A stretch of 64,000 nucleotides of DNA from Escherichia coli (lineage in GTDB: Bacteria; Pseudomonadota; Gammaproteobacteria; Enterobacterales; Enterobacteriaceae), in the NCBI RefSeq assembly GCF_050920415.1, contig NZ_CP169309.1; one strand, written 5' to 3'. The position numbers and the translations under genes are program-made. Shown in pieces: positions 23,825 through 33,348 of this stretch. The first letter of the stretch is position 1. Each line of letters begins with the position of its first letter. The notes under the pieces are model-generated. The model worked only from the letters and a program-made list of their open reading frames with translations. It did not search any database and had not been told where the DNA came from.

Positions 23825-23988
23825 TCACCCTGGTGTGCTTTGAGCACATCGAAGATCTGGTGGCGGATATTGCCGCCATTTTTAACTGGTCGCCCGCCGA
23901 AATCTTCATGATGACGCCCGGCGAAGTGGTTAGCTGGCGTGAGCGGGCGGCACTTCGCAGCGGGAATGCAGACAATGAAGACTCTTGA
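23752..23988 (+). CDS. E' extension frame of the gpE+E' frameshift fusion chaperone
   Basis: -1 frame ORF overlapping the gpE 3' end and the tape-measure 5' end; analogous to P2 E/E' and lambda G/GT. Confidence 0.55.
   Translation: MRCGCKFYERARLWREERAGDGSVITLVCFEHIEDLVADIAAIFNWSPAEIFMMTPGEVVSWRERAALRSGNADNEDS
23767..23773 (+). other. Programmed -1 ribosomal frameshift site (A_AAT_TTT)
   Basis: X_XXY_YYZ heptamer in the gpE zero frame; the -1 frame stays open to 23988 (E' extension). Confidence 0.6.
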
Positions 23989-26776
23989 TATCCGGGTCGC
24001 TTTCAGCGCCGTTGACAGACTGACCCGGCCTGCCGAAAACGCCCGCCGCCTGATGGGGCAGTTTGGTGACTCCATCCAGCGAACGCAGGGGGCGATCAAA
24101 AATCTCGAGCGTCAGGCGCGTTCATTTGAGCGCGCCCGTGACGCTGTCAGTAAAGCGGATGCGAGCATCGTGAAAGCACGACGCCAGCTTAACGCCCTTA
24201 ATCAGTTACAACGCACGGGTACAGTGCTCAGCGAAAAACAACAAAAGCTGATGCAGCAGTTAAGCACCCGGCTTGAACGCCTGAATGAATCGCGCACACG
24301 GGAAATTCAGAAAATGCGGGAGCTTGGCGGAGAGCTGAAACGCCACGGCATTTCCCTGACAGGCAGCGATAACACCATCCAGCAGGCCATCAGACGCACC
24401 GAACAGTACAACAACCAGCTTGAACGCGAACGGCAGACGCTTGCGCGTGTAACGCGGGCGCGTGAGCGGTATTCGCGCGCGCAGGAAACTGCTGGAAAAC
24501 TGAAAACAGGTGGTGCGCTGGCAATTGGTGCGGCAGCGGCTGGCGGCTATGCTGCCGGGCGTTTTTTGCAGCCTGCGATCGGGTTCGGGAAAGAGATGTC
24601 CCGCGTTCAGGCACTGACGCGAATCGACCAGAACAGCCCACAGTTTAAGGCGCTGCGTGAGCAGGCGTTAAAACTTGGCTCTGAAACGCAGTTCACCGCA
24701 GGCGATGCCGCCAGTGGACAGGCATTTCTTGCAATGGCTGGCTTCACACCGCAGGCCATTCAGGCTGCGCTTCCGGGCGTGCTGAGCATGGCAACGGCTG
24801 GCGGCATGGATCTCGGCGAGACGGCGGATATTGGCTCAAATATCCTGACGCAGTTCGGCCTTTCTGCTGACCAGATGGACCGGGTTGGTGACACACTCAC
24901 CGCAGCGTTTACCCGTACCAACACTGACCTTCGCGCACTGGGCGAAACCATGAAATATGCAGGTCCGGTGGCGGGTAAGCTGGGAATATCGCTGGAGCAG
25001 GCCGCAGCGATGGCGGGCGTGCTGGCGAATATGGGTATCAGAGGGAGTGATGCCGGGACGGCAATGCGTGCCAGCCTGGCTCGTCTGGCATCACCGCCAA
25101 AGGCAGCAGCAGAGGCGCTGAAAGAGCTTGGTGTGGCAGTTTCTGACGCGAACGGCAAAATGCGCCCGATGGAGGATGTGCTGGCCGACCTTTATAAAGC
25201 CACCCGCAAATACGGGGAAGTTGACCGGGTATCCTTCTTTAAGGACATCGCCGGGGAAGAGGCTTTCACATCATTTATGGCCCTCGTTGATGCAGCGGGT
25301 GACGGGTCCTTACCCAAACTGAGAAAAGAACTTGAAGGCGCGCGCGGTGAGGCTGAACGCACAGCAAAGGTTATGGCCAACAACCTTGACGGCGATCTGA
25401 AATCACTCGGCAGTGCATGGGAAGGGTTGCGCATCCGCATTGCAGATCTGATTGACGGTCCGCTGCGTTCTGTCACGCAGTGGCTCACGCGTGTGGTATC
25501 AAAGGTGACGGCGCTGGCGCAGGCCCATCCCGCACTGACGCGCCAGCTACTGATAGCAGGCGGTGCGTTGCTGGCAATGACTGCAACGGTTGGCTCGTTG
25601 TCGCTGGCTATTGGTGTGCTTGCTGGTCCGCTGGCAAAACTGCGTCTTGGTTTTTCCCTCCTGACCGGATCAATGAATGCTGTCAGGGTCCTGCCAGCAC
25701 TATGGGGAATGGTGACGGGTTCCGTTTCTTTGCTGGGAGGTGCTATCGGGGCGCTGTTCAGTCCGGTTGGTCTTATCGTGGCTGCGCTTGCCGGAGCTGC
25801 CATTCTTATCTGGAAATATTGGGATCCCATCAGGGCATTTTTTGCCGGGGTGTTCGGCGGGATTATGGAAAGGCTGACCCCGTTGCGCGAAACCTTTGAA
25901 CGGTTTGGCCCTGTTTTTGACGTAATCGGAAGCGGGATCAGCCAGGTGTTTAACTGGTTTAAATCGCTGCTGTCACCGATGGAGTCCAGCAAGGAAACGC
26001 TGGATAAATGTACCAGTGCTGGCGAGATATTCGGTAACGTTCTTGGCGGTGCGTTACAACTTGTTCTGACACCTGCAAAAATGTTGCTGGATACGCTGGC
26101 GTGGATACTTGAAAAGCTCGGTGTGCTTCCGGATGAAGCGGAAAGGGCGCGCAAGAAAATCGAAGACGCACAGCGTGCGGCCATTCTTCAGGACAAGGTT
26201 GCCTTGCTTCAGGGGGACCTGGCGAAAATCAATCCGCCGAAGCCTGTGGAAAATGGCACCGGAGGTGATAAACCCAAAGACAACAAACCGCTCACAGACA
26301 GCAATACCGGTACGCTACGCAGACTCAGCAAGATTGCTGATAACACAGGTAAGCTGGTTGATGAGACGAAAAAACGCATTGGCCCTGGCGATATTGTCTT
26401 TAAGAACCTGCCCCGCGCACTTGCTGTTCGTGGGGAGTGGCAGGAGCGGAAGATTGCGCAGGTCAGTAAGCCTGCTTCCGCAATCAACATCACACCTGTG
26501 GTCCCGACTCCTCTGCCTCCGGCGCTGGTCCCTGTTGTTGCGGCCAGCTCCCGCCCGGTGGCGGAGGCCATACGATCGCCAGTGGCATCAGTTCCTGCAA
26601 CTTCCCGTAACCGGGAGCCTGTTGTCTCCGGATTTGGCGGTGAAATTCATGTTCATCTGCATAACGTTGTTACGCAGAATCCCCGCGAACTGGCGAAACT
26701 GGTCGGTGAAATGGTCAGGGCAGAATTGGAACGACGCGACCGTGCCGGACGTGGCAGTTTTTACGATAAAGATTGA
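23939..26776 (+). CDS. Tail tape measure protein (gpT-like)
   Basis: 945 aa with coiled-coil-rich N-terminal part and Gly/Ala-rich hydrophobic segments; position. Confidence 0.9.
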   Translation: MSGRHFAAGMQTMKTLDIRVAFSAVDRLTRPAENARRLMGQFGDSIQRTQGAIKNLERQARSFERARDAVSKADASIVKARRQLNALNQLQRTGTVLSEKQQKLMQQLSTRLERLNESRTREIQKMRELGGELKRHGISLTGSDNTIQQAIRRTEQYNNQLERERQTLARVTRARERYSRAQETAGKLKTGGALAIGAAAAGGYAAGRFLQPAIGFGKEMSRVQALTRIDQNSPQFKALREQALKLGSETQFTAGDAASGQAFLAMAGFTPQAIQAALPGVLSMATAGGMDLGETADIGSNILTQFGLSADQMDRVGDTLTAAFTRTNTDLRALGETMKYAGPVAGKLGISLEQAAAMAGVLANMGIRGSDAGTAMRASLARLASPPKAAAEALKELGVAVSDANGKMRPMEDVLADLYKATRKYGEVDRVSFFKDIAGEEAFTSFMALVDAAGDGSLPKLRKELEGARGEAERTAKVMANNLDGDLKSLGSAWEGLRIRIADLIDGPLRSVTQWLTRVVSKVTALAQAHPALTRQLLIAGGALLAMTATVGSLSLAIGVLAGPLAKLRLGFSLLTGSMNAVRVLPALWGMVTGSVSLLGGAIGALFSPVGLIVAALAGAAILIWKYWDPIRAFFAGVFGGIMERLTPLRETFERFGPVFDVIGSGISQVFNWFKSLLSPMESSKETLDKCTSAGEIFGNVLGGALQLVLTPAKMLLDTLAWILEKLGVLPDEAERARKKIEDAQRAAILQDKVALLQGDLAKINPPKPVENGTGGDKPKDNKPLTDSNTGTLRRLSKIADNTGKLVDETKKRIGPGDIVFKNLPRALAVRGEWQERKIAQVSKPASAINITPVVPTPLPPALVPVVAASSRPVAEAIRSPVASVPATSRNREPVVSGFGGEIHVHLHNVVTQNPRELAKLVGEMVRAELERRDRAGRGSFYDKD

Positions 26777-26782
26777 GGAGTC

Positions 26783-27277
26783 ATGGCCATGATGATGATC
26801 TACGGCATGTTTGTTTTTGAGCTGCGCACATTGCCGCATCAGCAGTTACAGCAAAACAAAAGCTGGCGGCATGTGAAAAATGAACGCGTTAACCGTTCAG
26901 CAAGCTGGCAGTATATCGGGGCAGGCGATGATCGCATCGTTCTTTCTGGTGTGCTTTATCCTGAAATTACAGGTGGCGAAGTATCGCTTTCGTTGCTGAC
27001 CACGCAGGCATATACAGGACGCCCCTGGCCTCTGATTGATGGTGTCGGGCAGATTTACGGCATGTATGTCCTGACCGGAACGAATACGACCCGCTCCGAG
27101 TTTGATCGCTACGGTAAGGCGAAAAAGATAGAATTTTCACTGACCCTTGAACGCTGTGATGAGGATTTGCGGGAGCGCCTGCAATCCTCATCGTTCAGCG
27201 ATATGCTGTCCGGCTTCAAAGATAAGGTCACATCATCCCTTAACAGCGCGGCCAGCTCCGTTAAAGGGCTGTTTTGA
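26783..27277 (+). CDS. Tail protein gpU-like
   Basis: 164 aa ORF directly after the tape measure. Confidence 0.75.
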   Translation: MAMMMIYGMFVFELRTLPHQQLQQNKSWRHVKNERVNRSASWQYIGAGDDRIVLSGVLYPEITGGEVSLSLLTTQAYTGRPWPLIDGVGQIYGMYVLTGTNTTRSEFDRYGKAKKIEFSLTLERCDEDLRERLQSSSFSDMLSGFKDKVTSSLNSAASSVKGLF

Positions 27278-27284
27278 TTAACGC

Positions 27285-27314
27285 AAAACCGCTAATGGTC
27301 AGATTAGCGGTTTT
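27285..27314. terminator. Bidirectional hairpin terminator between gpU and the invertase
   Basis: Perfect 11-bp stem AAACCGCTAAT/ATTAGCGGTTT with 6-nt loop, between convergent genes. Confidence 0.6.
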
Positions 27315-27903
27315 CATTTTCCTGAGTCTGCCTGGTTGTTTCTTCAGCCTGTATATCGCCTACAGGGTGATAACGATAAATCGTCGATATGCCGATGTCG
27401 TAAATGATCGCCAGTTGTTTCCTGTCATGACCGTTTTTAATCAGCCTCGCTATTTGCTCGTGTTGTTCTTTTGTCAACTTCGGGCGACGTCCGCCAATGC
27501 GCCCCCGTGCGCGCGCTGCCGCCAGCCCGGCCAGTGTACGCTCTACAATTAATTCACGTTCCATTTCGGCTAAAGCCCCCATGACGTGAAAAAAGAAACG
27601 CCCCATGGGTGTTGATGTGTCAATGCTGTCCGTCAGACTACGGAAATTAACACCTTTTTCCCGCAATTCCTCAATAAGCGTGATCAGGTGTTTCATACTT
27701 CTGCCCAGTCTGTCCAGCTTCCAGACAACCAGCGTATCTCCTTCTGATAGCGTTCTGATCAGTTTTTTCAATCCCGGTCTGGCTGATTTCGTTCCGCTGA
27801 TTTTATCTTCAAAAATCAGTTCACATCCTGCGCACTCCAGCGCGTTACGCTGCAATTCTGTATTCTGGTCATTTGTTGATACGCGGACATAGCCAATAAG
27901 CAT
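27304..27903 (-). CDS. Serine-recombinase DNA invertase (Pin/Gin/Cin/Hin family)
   Basis: 199 aa starting MLIGYVRVSTNDQNTELQ; catalytic Ser in the VRVS motif; C-terminal HTH; closely resembles e14 Pin as recalled. Confidence 0.95.
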   Translation of the reverse strand: MLIGYVRVSTNDQNTELQRNALECAGCELIFEDKISGTKSARPGLKKLIRTLSEGDTLVVWKLDRLGRSMKHLITLIEELREKGVNFRSLTDSIDTSTPMGRFFFHVMGALAEMERELIVERTLAGLAAARARGRIGGRRPKLTKEQHEQIARLIKNGHDRKQLAIIYDIGISTIYRYHPVGDIQAEETTRQTQENENR

Positions 27904-27958
27904 GATGGATCCCCTGAATAAAAACCGGGGATGATGCCAGTTAGCCGTAATCTCTGCA

Positions 27959-27984
27959 TTTTCTTAAACGTTGGTTTGGGAGAA
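27959..27984. repeat. Invertase crossover site (gix/hix-like), right-hand copy
   Basis: TTTTCTTAAACG-TT-GGTTTGGGAGAA; the 14-mer 27971..27984 is the inverted repeat of 29777..29790; encodes VGLGE. Confidence 0.6.
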
Positions 27985-28440
27985 GGTGCTCCAGCTATTG
28001 GCGTTCCGTTCTTCTGGCCGTCCGCCGCAATGCCAGATACCGTAATCGAAAGCTGGTCCGGCATGGTGTTTTTGAAGTTCAACGGCGCGAAATTCTCTGC
28101 CACTGATTACCCTGTGCTGGCGAAAGTGTTTCCTTCGCTGGTATTACCTGAAGCCCGCGGTGATTTCATTCGTATCTGGGATGATGGCCGTGGTGTTGAT
28201 AGTGGCCGTGCGTTACTTTCCGCGCAATCAGACGATTTCAAAACGCACGAGCATAAAATTTTAGGGCTAAATGGAAGTGGCAGTAATGTAGTGTTTGGCA
28301 CCGTTTCGAATGCTTCTCCATTATATACCAGCGGCGTTAGTCAGCCGGGTGGAAGTGCTTTGCCCGCTTTTCAAAACCCAGGCGGTACTGAAACGCGTCC
28401 CCGTAACATCGCATTCAACTTTTTAGTAAGGGCTAAATAA
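27985..28440 (+). CDS. Silent alternative tail-fiber C-terminal cassette (Sv'-like)
   Basis: Open frame continuing from the crossover site with no credible own start; would fuse to the fiber constant region after inversion. Confidence 0.55.
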   Translation, partial: GAPAIGVPFFWPSAAMPDTVIESWSGMVFLKFNGAKFSATDYPVLAKVFPSLVLPEARGDFIRIWDDGRGVDSGRALLSAQSDDFKTHEHKILGLNGSGSNVVFGTVSNASPLYTSGVSQPGGSALPAFQNPGGTETRPRNIAFNFLVRAK

Positions 28441-29033
28441 TGAAACCTGTTTTTGATGAAAATGGACTGGCTACAGTGCCGGGTGATATGCGTTGTTTTT
28501 ATTATGATGCAGTAACGTATGAATATACGGGCTGGTCTGATGAATATATTAATACTGGTATAAGTATGCCCGCCTGTTCCACTGGTATTGACCCTGGCGA
28601 AAACATTCCGGGAAAAGTGGCTGTATTTACAGGTAAGGGATGGAGCCATGAAGAGGACCATCGCAATGAGACTGTTTACTCAATCGAAAATGGCGCAGCT
28701 GTTACAGTGGATTATATCGGTGCCATCAAAAACGGTTATGTCACGCTTTCACCGTTAACGCCATATGATAAATGGGATGGTGAGAAATGGGTGACAGATA
28801 CTGAGGCACAACACGGTGCCGCAGTAGAAGCGGCAGAAGCACAGCGTCAGCCACTGATTGATGCTGCAATGGCTTCCATCAGTCTGATTCAGCTGAAATT
28901 ACAGGCCGGGCGGAAGCTGACGCAGGCAGAAACCACCCGGCTTAACGCCGTGCTTGATTACATTGACGCGGTGACGGCAACAGATACGAGCACCGCTCCG
29001 GATGTCATCTGGCCTGAACTGCCGGAGGCGTAG
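28440..29033 (+). CDS. Tail fiber assembly protein, alternative copy (U'/tfa')
   Basis: 197 aa with C-terminal motif TSTAPDVIWPELP shared with the convergent tfa gene. Confidence 0.8.
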   Translation: MKPVFDENGLATVPGDMRCFYYDAVTYEYTGWSDEYINTGISMPACSTGIDPGENIPGKVAVFTGKGWSHEEDHRNETVYSIENGAAVTVDYIGAIKNGYVTLSPLTPYDKWDGEKWVTDTEAQHGAAVEAAEAQRQPLIDAAMASISLIQLKLQAGRKLTQAETTRLNAVLDYIDAVTATDTSTAPDVIWPELPEA

Positions 29034-29439
29034 GCCATTCAATATCTGGAGCACTGGAGGTATCAACCAGTTCCAGTGCGTCCAGATAATCCAGCCACAA
29101 ATTATATTGCGCCAGTTCCTCACCTTTCAGACGACCAATAGCCGCTTTACCAGGCCATTGCTTGGTATTCATATATTCGTTGGACTGATTAATCAATTGC
29201 TGTTTTTTCAATTCGGCTGCGGCAATCTGTTCCTCATGTGTTGGTGGTGGAATTTCAGACCATGCAGGAAAACCATTTTCCTCAGCGATACGGATTTTTC
29301 CTTTCGGCGGTAATCCGGAAAACTCAATATACACCTGCTCATCAACTTCAACAGCATCATCTGGCCATGAATTTACATTGATGTAGTCATCCTTAAGCGC
29401 AGGATTCACAAAAATATTTAAAGATGGACTAAAAAACAC
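29005..29439 (-). CDS. Tail fiber assembly protein (gpG/Tfa-like)
   Basis: 144 aa directly downstream of the fiber gene; 3' end overlaps the alternative copy convergently. Confidence 0.8.
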   Translation of the reverse strand: MFFSPSLNIFVNPALKDDYINVNSWPDDAVEVDEQVYIEFSGLPPKGKIRIAEENGFPAWSEIPPPTHEEQIAAAELKKQQLINQSNEYMNTKQWPGKAAIGRLKGEELAQYNLWLDYLDALELVDTSSAPDIEWPTPPAVQAR

Positions 29440-29440
29440 A

Positions 29441-30922
29441 TCACCCTCCTATAGCAACATAACAGCCCGATACAGGATTTGCGGCAGTCGCTACGCTGGA
29501 AAAACCACGAAAGCCGCTTTTTGTGATTGCGGAGGCAGATAGTATTCCGGCACCCGAAGGTGTATGCCCCACGTGGCTGGCAACCATCACGTAGCACGCC
29601 GACGGAAAAGCGAAAGGGAAATTGTTTAAATATCCCGCATCATCCCCCAGACTTCCCCCAAACTGCCCCACTCCCCACTGGATAATAAGTGGTCTCCGAA
29701 CGCCAGAAATAATTAATGGAATTGCTACATACCCATTCACCAACATAGCGCCGGTTGTTGCGCCAGCCAGAGCCAATTCCCCCAAACCAAGGTAATCAAG
29801 AACTCCCTGAGTGCTGGTTTTACCAAGAATGGCACGTCCAACACTTGTCAACGCGGTTAACGCGGCACGATCTGCCCCTGTAAAATATGGGAGTTTATCT
29901 GCTGATGTAGCAAGCTCCGCCAGCGCCGTCAGGGTGGCATCCTTCGGTTGCTTACCCGCAAGCGCGTTAGTCATGGTGGTCGCAAAATTCGGGTCATTGC
30001 CCAGCGCCGCAGCCAGTTCGTTCAGCGTGTTCAGTGCATCAGGTGACGAATCTACAAGTGCGGCAATCGCGGCCATAACGAAAGCCGTGCTTGCGATCTG
30101 GGTACTATTAGTCCCCTGTGGCGCTGTTGGTGTTGTTGGCGTTCCGGTCAGTGCCGGGCTGTTTAATGGTGCTTTCTTGCTCGTTTCATCCATTACCGCC
30201 TTAACAGCTTTTGGTGTCGCTGCCAGCGTTTCAGACGTGCTGTTCGTGGCGCTACTGAGCTGAACAATCCCTTTTTGTGTAGTGGTGGCGTTCTGGGCGG
30301 TATATTTCCCGTTAGCCAGGTCATATGCAGCCTTAACCGCTTTCGGTGTTGCGGCCAGTGTTTCTGATTCACTGTTAATTGCACTGCTTAACTGAGTAAA
30401 ACCTTTTACGGTCAGCGAGGCGTCCGGGTGACGTCGTGACTGTTCGTGCTCTGATATTTTATCATCCACATATTTGCGGGTTGCCAGAACCACAGACGGG
30501 TCGATTTTCAGCGTGATGGCTTCGGTGTTCGTGACAACCAGAATCATGCGGATAGTCTGGGTGCGTCCACTGCCTTCCTGCAACTGCGGTTTGTACGTTT
30601 CCGGGCAGTTTGCCACCGCAATGAGTACACCTTCATCATCATAAAGCCCAATCTCACGGATCCAGAATCCTCCCTCGTTTTCAGGGATGATTTGCTCCGC
30701 AATAATCTGGCTCTGATTGTTAGGGTCAACACTCAGAAGATTCAGCGGTGCAATGCGTTTCTGGTTAATCAGTTTTGTTTGTGCAGGGTCTGGTGTTGGT
30801 AACACACCATTTGCATCACCAACGGCCATTTGCGTCAGATTCAGCTTACTGCCGAGCATCGTCGCGTTAGCCAGTCGTGCCGCGCCCTGATTAGTCAGAA
30901 TGGCGTAGTATTTCACTGTCAT
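29441..30922 (-). CDS. Tail fiber protein (gpH-like), currently expressed variant
   Basis: 493 aa with conserved N-terminal region and repeat-rich shaft; C-terminal ~110 aa lie inside the invertible segment. Confidence 0.85.
   Translation of the reverse strand: MTVKYYAILTNQGAARLANATMLGSKLNLTQMAVGDANGVLPTPDPAQTKLINQKRIAPLNLLSVDPNNQSQIIAEQIIPENEGGFWIREIGLYDDEGVLIAVANCPETYKPQLQEGSGRTQTIRMILVVTNTEAITLKIDPSVVLATRKYVDDKISEHEQSRRHPDASLTVKGFTQLSSAINSESETLAATPKAVKAAYDLANGKYTAQNATTTQKGIVQLSSATNSTSETLAATPKAVKAVMDETSKKAPLNSPALTGTPTTPTAPQGTNSTQIASTAFVMAAIAALVDSSPDALNTLNELAAALGNDPNFATTMTNALAGKQPKDATLTALAELATSADKLPYFTGADRAALTALTSVGRAILGKTSTQGVLDYLGLGELALAGATTGAMLVNGYVAIPLIISGVRRPLIIQWGVGQFGGSLGDDAGYLNNFPFAFPSACYVMVASHVGHTPSGAGILSASAITKSGFRGFSSVATAANPVSGCYVAIGG
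29777..29802. repeat. Invertase crossover site (gix/hix-like), left-hand copy
   Basis: TTCCCCCAAACC-AA-GGTAATCAAGAA inside the fiber gene; encodes LGLGE on the minus strand. Confidence 0.6.
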
Positions 30923-31527
30923 GCGTTTACTCTCAGATTATCAATTAAATGAATGGCCGGGGCAGGGAAATAATCCCCTTCGACAATAATGGACTCCGGG
31001 GTGTAGGGATAAACCGTCAGGGCATCGCCGTGATAGCATCCCGTACCAACGAAAATCTTTCCGTTCACACTCAGGCTGATCGCCAGCCCCGTCAGATGGC
31101 GACTTACTGGTTTTGCATCCGCAATAAGGCGCTCAAGTTCCTGATACATTTCATCGGTGATGCCCTGATCAAGTACTCCGACAACAATGCGAAATGTTCC
31201 TGGCTCCTCGTTGAGTTGCCACCACTCCTTTACTTCAATCAGGTAGCCGAGAGGCTCCACGGCTCTTCGCAGTGCGCTGATGGTCCCTTTGTGTCGGTGT
31301 ATCAGCCATGCATCACGAATCACCTGTCGCTTTGTCTCTTCCGGCCAGTTGCGATCCCAGCGGTCAACGGAAAACGCCCAGGCGAGATAAGGCAGCAGAT
31401 GCACCGGGCAGGTGTCCGGCGACCACAGCGTGTTGAGGTCTACCGGAATGTCTGTAATGCGTGTTCCGACGGCTTCGGCACAACGCATGAAATTGCTGGC
31501 TGATGGCGGTAACAGTGAATTACTCAT
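30919..31527 (-). CDS. Baseplate assembly protein gpI-like
   Basis: Start trimmed to MSNSLLPP; position between fiber and gpJ. Confidence 0.75.
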   Translation of the reverse strand: MSNSLLPPSASNFMRCAEAVGTRITDIPVDLNTLWSPDTCPVHLLPYLAWAFSVDRWDRNWPEETKRQVIRDAWLIHRHKGTISALRRAVEPLGYLIEVKEWWQLNEEPGTFRIVVGVLDQGITDEMYQELERLIADAKPVSRHLTGLAISLSVNGKIFVGTGCYHGDALTVYPYTPESIIVEGDYFPAPAIHLIDNLRVNA

Positions 31528-32416
31528 TACGCCCACCTTCGCTGATGGTGAATGACTCACAACGCGCCGCCTGTATGTCGCTGATGGCCATATTCTGTGT
31601 GGGTTCGATTATTTCCACGCGTTGCACACCGTGCACATGCAGTGCGGCAGCAATGGCGGACAACGCCACGTCCTGACCGATAAGCCCCTGTTCAGCCAGC
31701 CACTTCCTGAATGACGATTCCGCCGCGGCCAGAATAGGTTCGGATTCCGGACCGGGGTAAAAGTACAGTTTTGCATTCAGCCGCCATGTCACGATGCTGG
31801 CGCTCTGTACGGTCAGGCGGTCGGCCACCGGGCGGGTATCCTCTGCATTCAGAACGGCGCGAACGGTATTAAGCAACGCCTCCGTTGCTGTGCCGTCGCC
31901 TTCAGTGGACAGGATGGAAACCGTCACATTTGCCGGAGACGGACTGATAGCCCGCGCATCACGCACCAGACCGCTGGCGCTGCGGGCAAAATACTCGTAT
32001 GCACCTGACGGGCCAGCAACACTCAGGCCGTCGTACGCCCGTTGCGCCCGCAGTCTCAGCGAGGTGTCGCTTTCCATCACCGCGTCGGTGGTATCCGTTG
32101 CCGGAGTGATAACCAGGCGCTTTGTGTTCATATTGCCTGCGAGGTTGTCCAGGTCTGTCCCGGCGCTGTGGCTTAACATGCAGGCGCGTGCACCCTCATT
32201 GACCCGCTGGCGTAACAGCATTTCACGAAACGACATGGTTTGAGCGATAACGTTAAGGGGTTCCGATTCCAGCTCCAGCGCGGCGGAGACGGCTTCACGC
32301 TGTTCGGCAGGATAGGACGCAATCATCATGGCCTTTGTGTCAGCCAGAATTGCCTCAAAGTCAGGCTCCGCGATGATGGCGGGTTCCGGTAACTGTGAAA
32401 GGTCAACGGCGGGCAT
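31520..32416 (-). CDS. Baseplate protein gpJ-like
   Basis: 298 aa, position and size. Confidence 0.85.
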   Translation of the reverse strand: MPAVDLSQLPEPAIIAEPDFEAILADTKAMMIASYPAEQREAVSAALELESEPLNVIAQTMSFREMLLRQRVNEGARACMLSHSAGTDLDNLAGNMNTKRLVITPATDTTDAVMESDTSLRLRAQRAYDGLSVAGPSGAYEYFARSASGLVRDARAISPSPANVTVSILSTEGDGTATEALLNTVRAVLNAEDTRPVADRLTVQSASIVTWRLNAKLYFYPGPESEPILAAAESSFRKWLAEQGLIGQDVALSAIAAALHVHGVQRVEIIEPTQNMAISDIQAARCESFTISEGGRNE

Positions 32417-32419
32417 GAT

Positions 32420-32770
32420 TTACTCCCTCAGCGTGATGGTTAATTCAACATTCTGCATGGTCTGCATGACAGTGCCCGACAGCGTCACCCCGGCGCGGCC
32501 TCCCGCTTTCCAGACAACGTCGATGGCATCCAGGGCAATGCGGGGTTCCCATCGTGTCAGCGCAATCACGGCAGCACTCATGCATTGCAGACGCGTGGTG
32601 TTATTCATGGGTTCGTCAATCAAATCAGGCACAAGGCTGCCATATTCCCGTCGCATAACCCGGCTTGCCAGCGGGGTGGTCAGGATGTCCCTGGCTGACT
32701 GTTTCAGGTGCTCCATATCGTTCAGGTTTCCCGTTCCGTCCGGGTTCATTCCTGTGTAGCGGGTTGTCAC
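32420..32770 (-). CDS. Baseplate wedge protein gpW-like
   Basis: 116 aa, position and size. Confidence 0.8.
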   Translation of the reverse strand: MTTRYTGMNPDGTGNLNDMEHLKQSARDILTTPLASRVMRREYGSLVPDLIDEPMNNTTRLQCMSAAVIALTRWEPRIALDAIDVVWKAGGRAGVTLSGTVMQTMQNVELTITLRE

Positions 32771-33348
32771 TGCGGGCCTCCTGTCGAATCGCTGCCACCT
32801 TTCACGCCACCGTGTTTATGCGTATGCACGGTAATGCCGTTTGAGGTGAAATTGCCGCCGCTGTGCGTGATATTGCCGCTCATCTTTCCCCCTTTTGTGA
32901 CGTCAAGCGTCGCCGTTCTCAGAAGGTCTGTGCATTCCACGACGGGCGTGTCCAGTGTCACGCTGACGGATGCCTGTAAAGTGGCCGTTTTCATGCCGCT
33001 GGCGCTCAGTGCGCCTGCGTCCGCGTCGTAGCGGAACACCGCGCCGTCCGGCGCGCTGATCACGATTTCTTTCAGGCTTTTGCCGGGGGCCGGATTGGCA
33101 TCACTCCACAGGCTGCCAATTATCATGGCGGTTTCCGGGTTGCCGCCAATGCAGGCAATTACCACCTGTTCGCCTGGTGATGGCGGCAGCCACACATTGA
33201 AGGCTCCCGCGCGCGTGGTGTTCCAGCGCAGCCAGCCTGTTTCCAGTTCGCCGCTGCGAACGCGCACGCGCCAGGACTTCTCATCAACTTCAGAGATGAT
33301 CCCGGTGCGGATGATATTGCTCAGCAGTCGCATGAGTTCTGCGCTCAC
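32767..33348 (-). CDS. Baseplate spike/assembly protein gpV-like
   Basis: 193 aa, position upstream of gpW. Confidence 0.8.
   Translation of the reverse strand: MSAELMRLLSNIIRTGIISEVDEKSWRVRVRSGELETGWLRWNTTRAGAFNVWLPPSPGEQVVIACIGGNPETAMIIGSLWSDANPAPGKSLKEIVISAPDGAVFRYDADAGALSASGMKTATLQASVSVTLDTPVVECTDLLRTATLDVTKGGKMSGNITHSGGNFTSNGITVHTHKHGGVKGGSDSTGGPQ

Noticed and set aside
27278-27314. Hairpin between gpU and the invertase as a possible recombination site bounding the inverted tail module
   Set aside because: It is a perfect 11-bp stem with a 6-nt loop, not a gix/hix-like site with a 2-bp core, and no matching inverted partner was found near 21.6 kb; a terminator is the simpler reading
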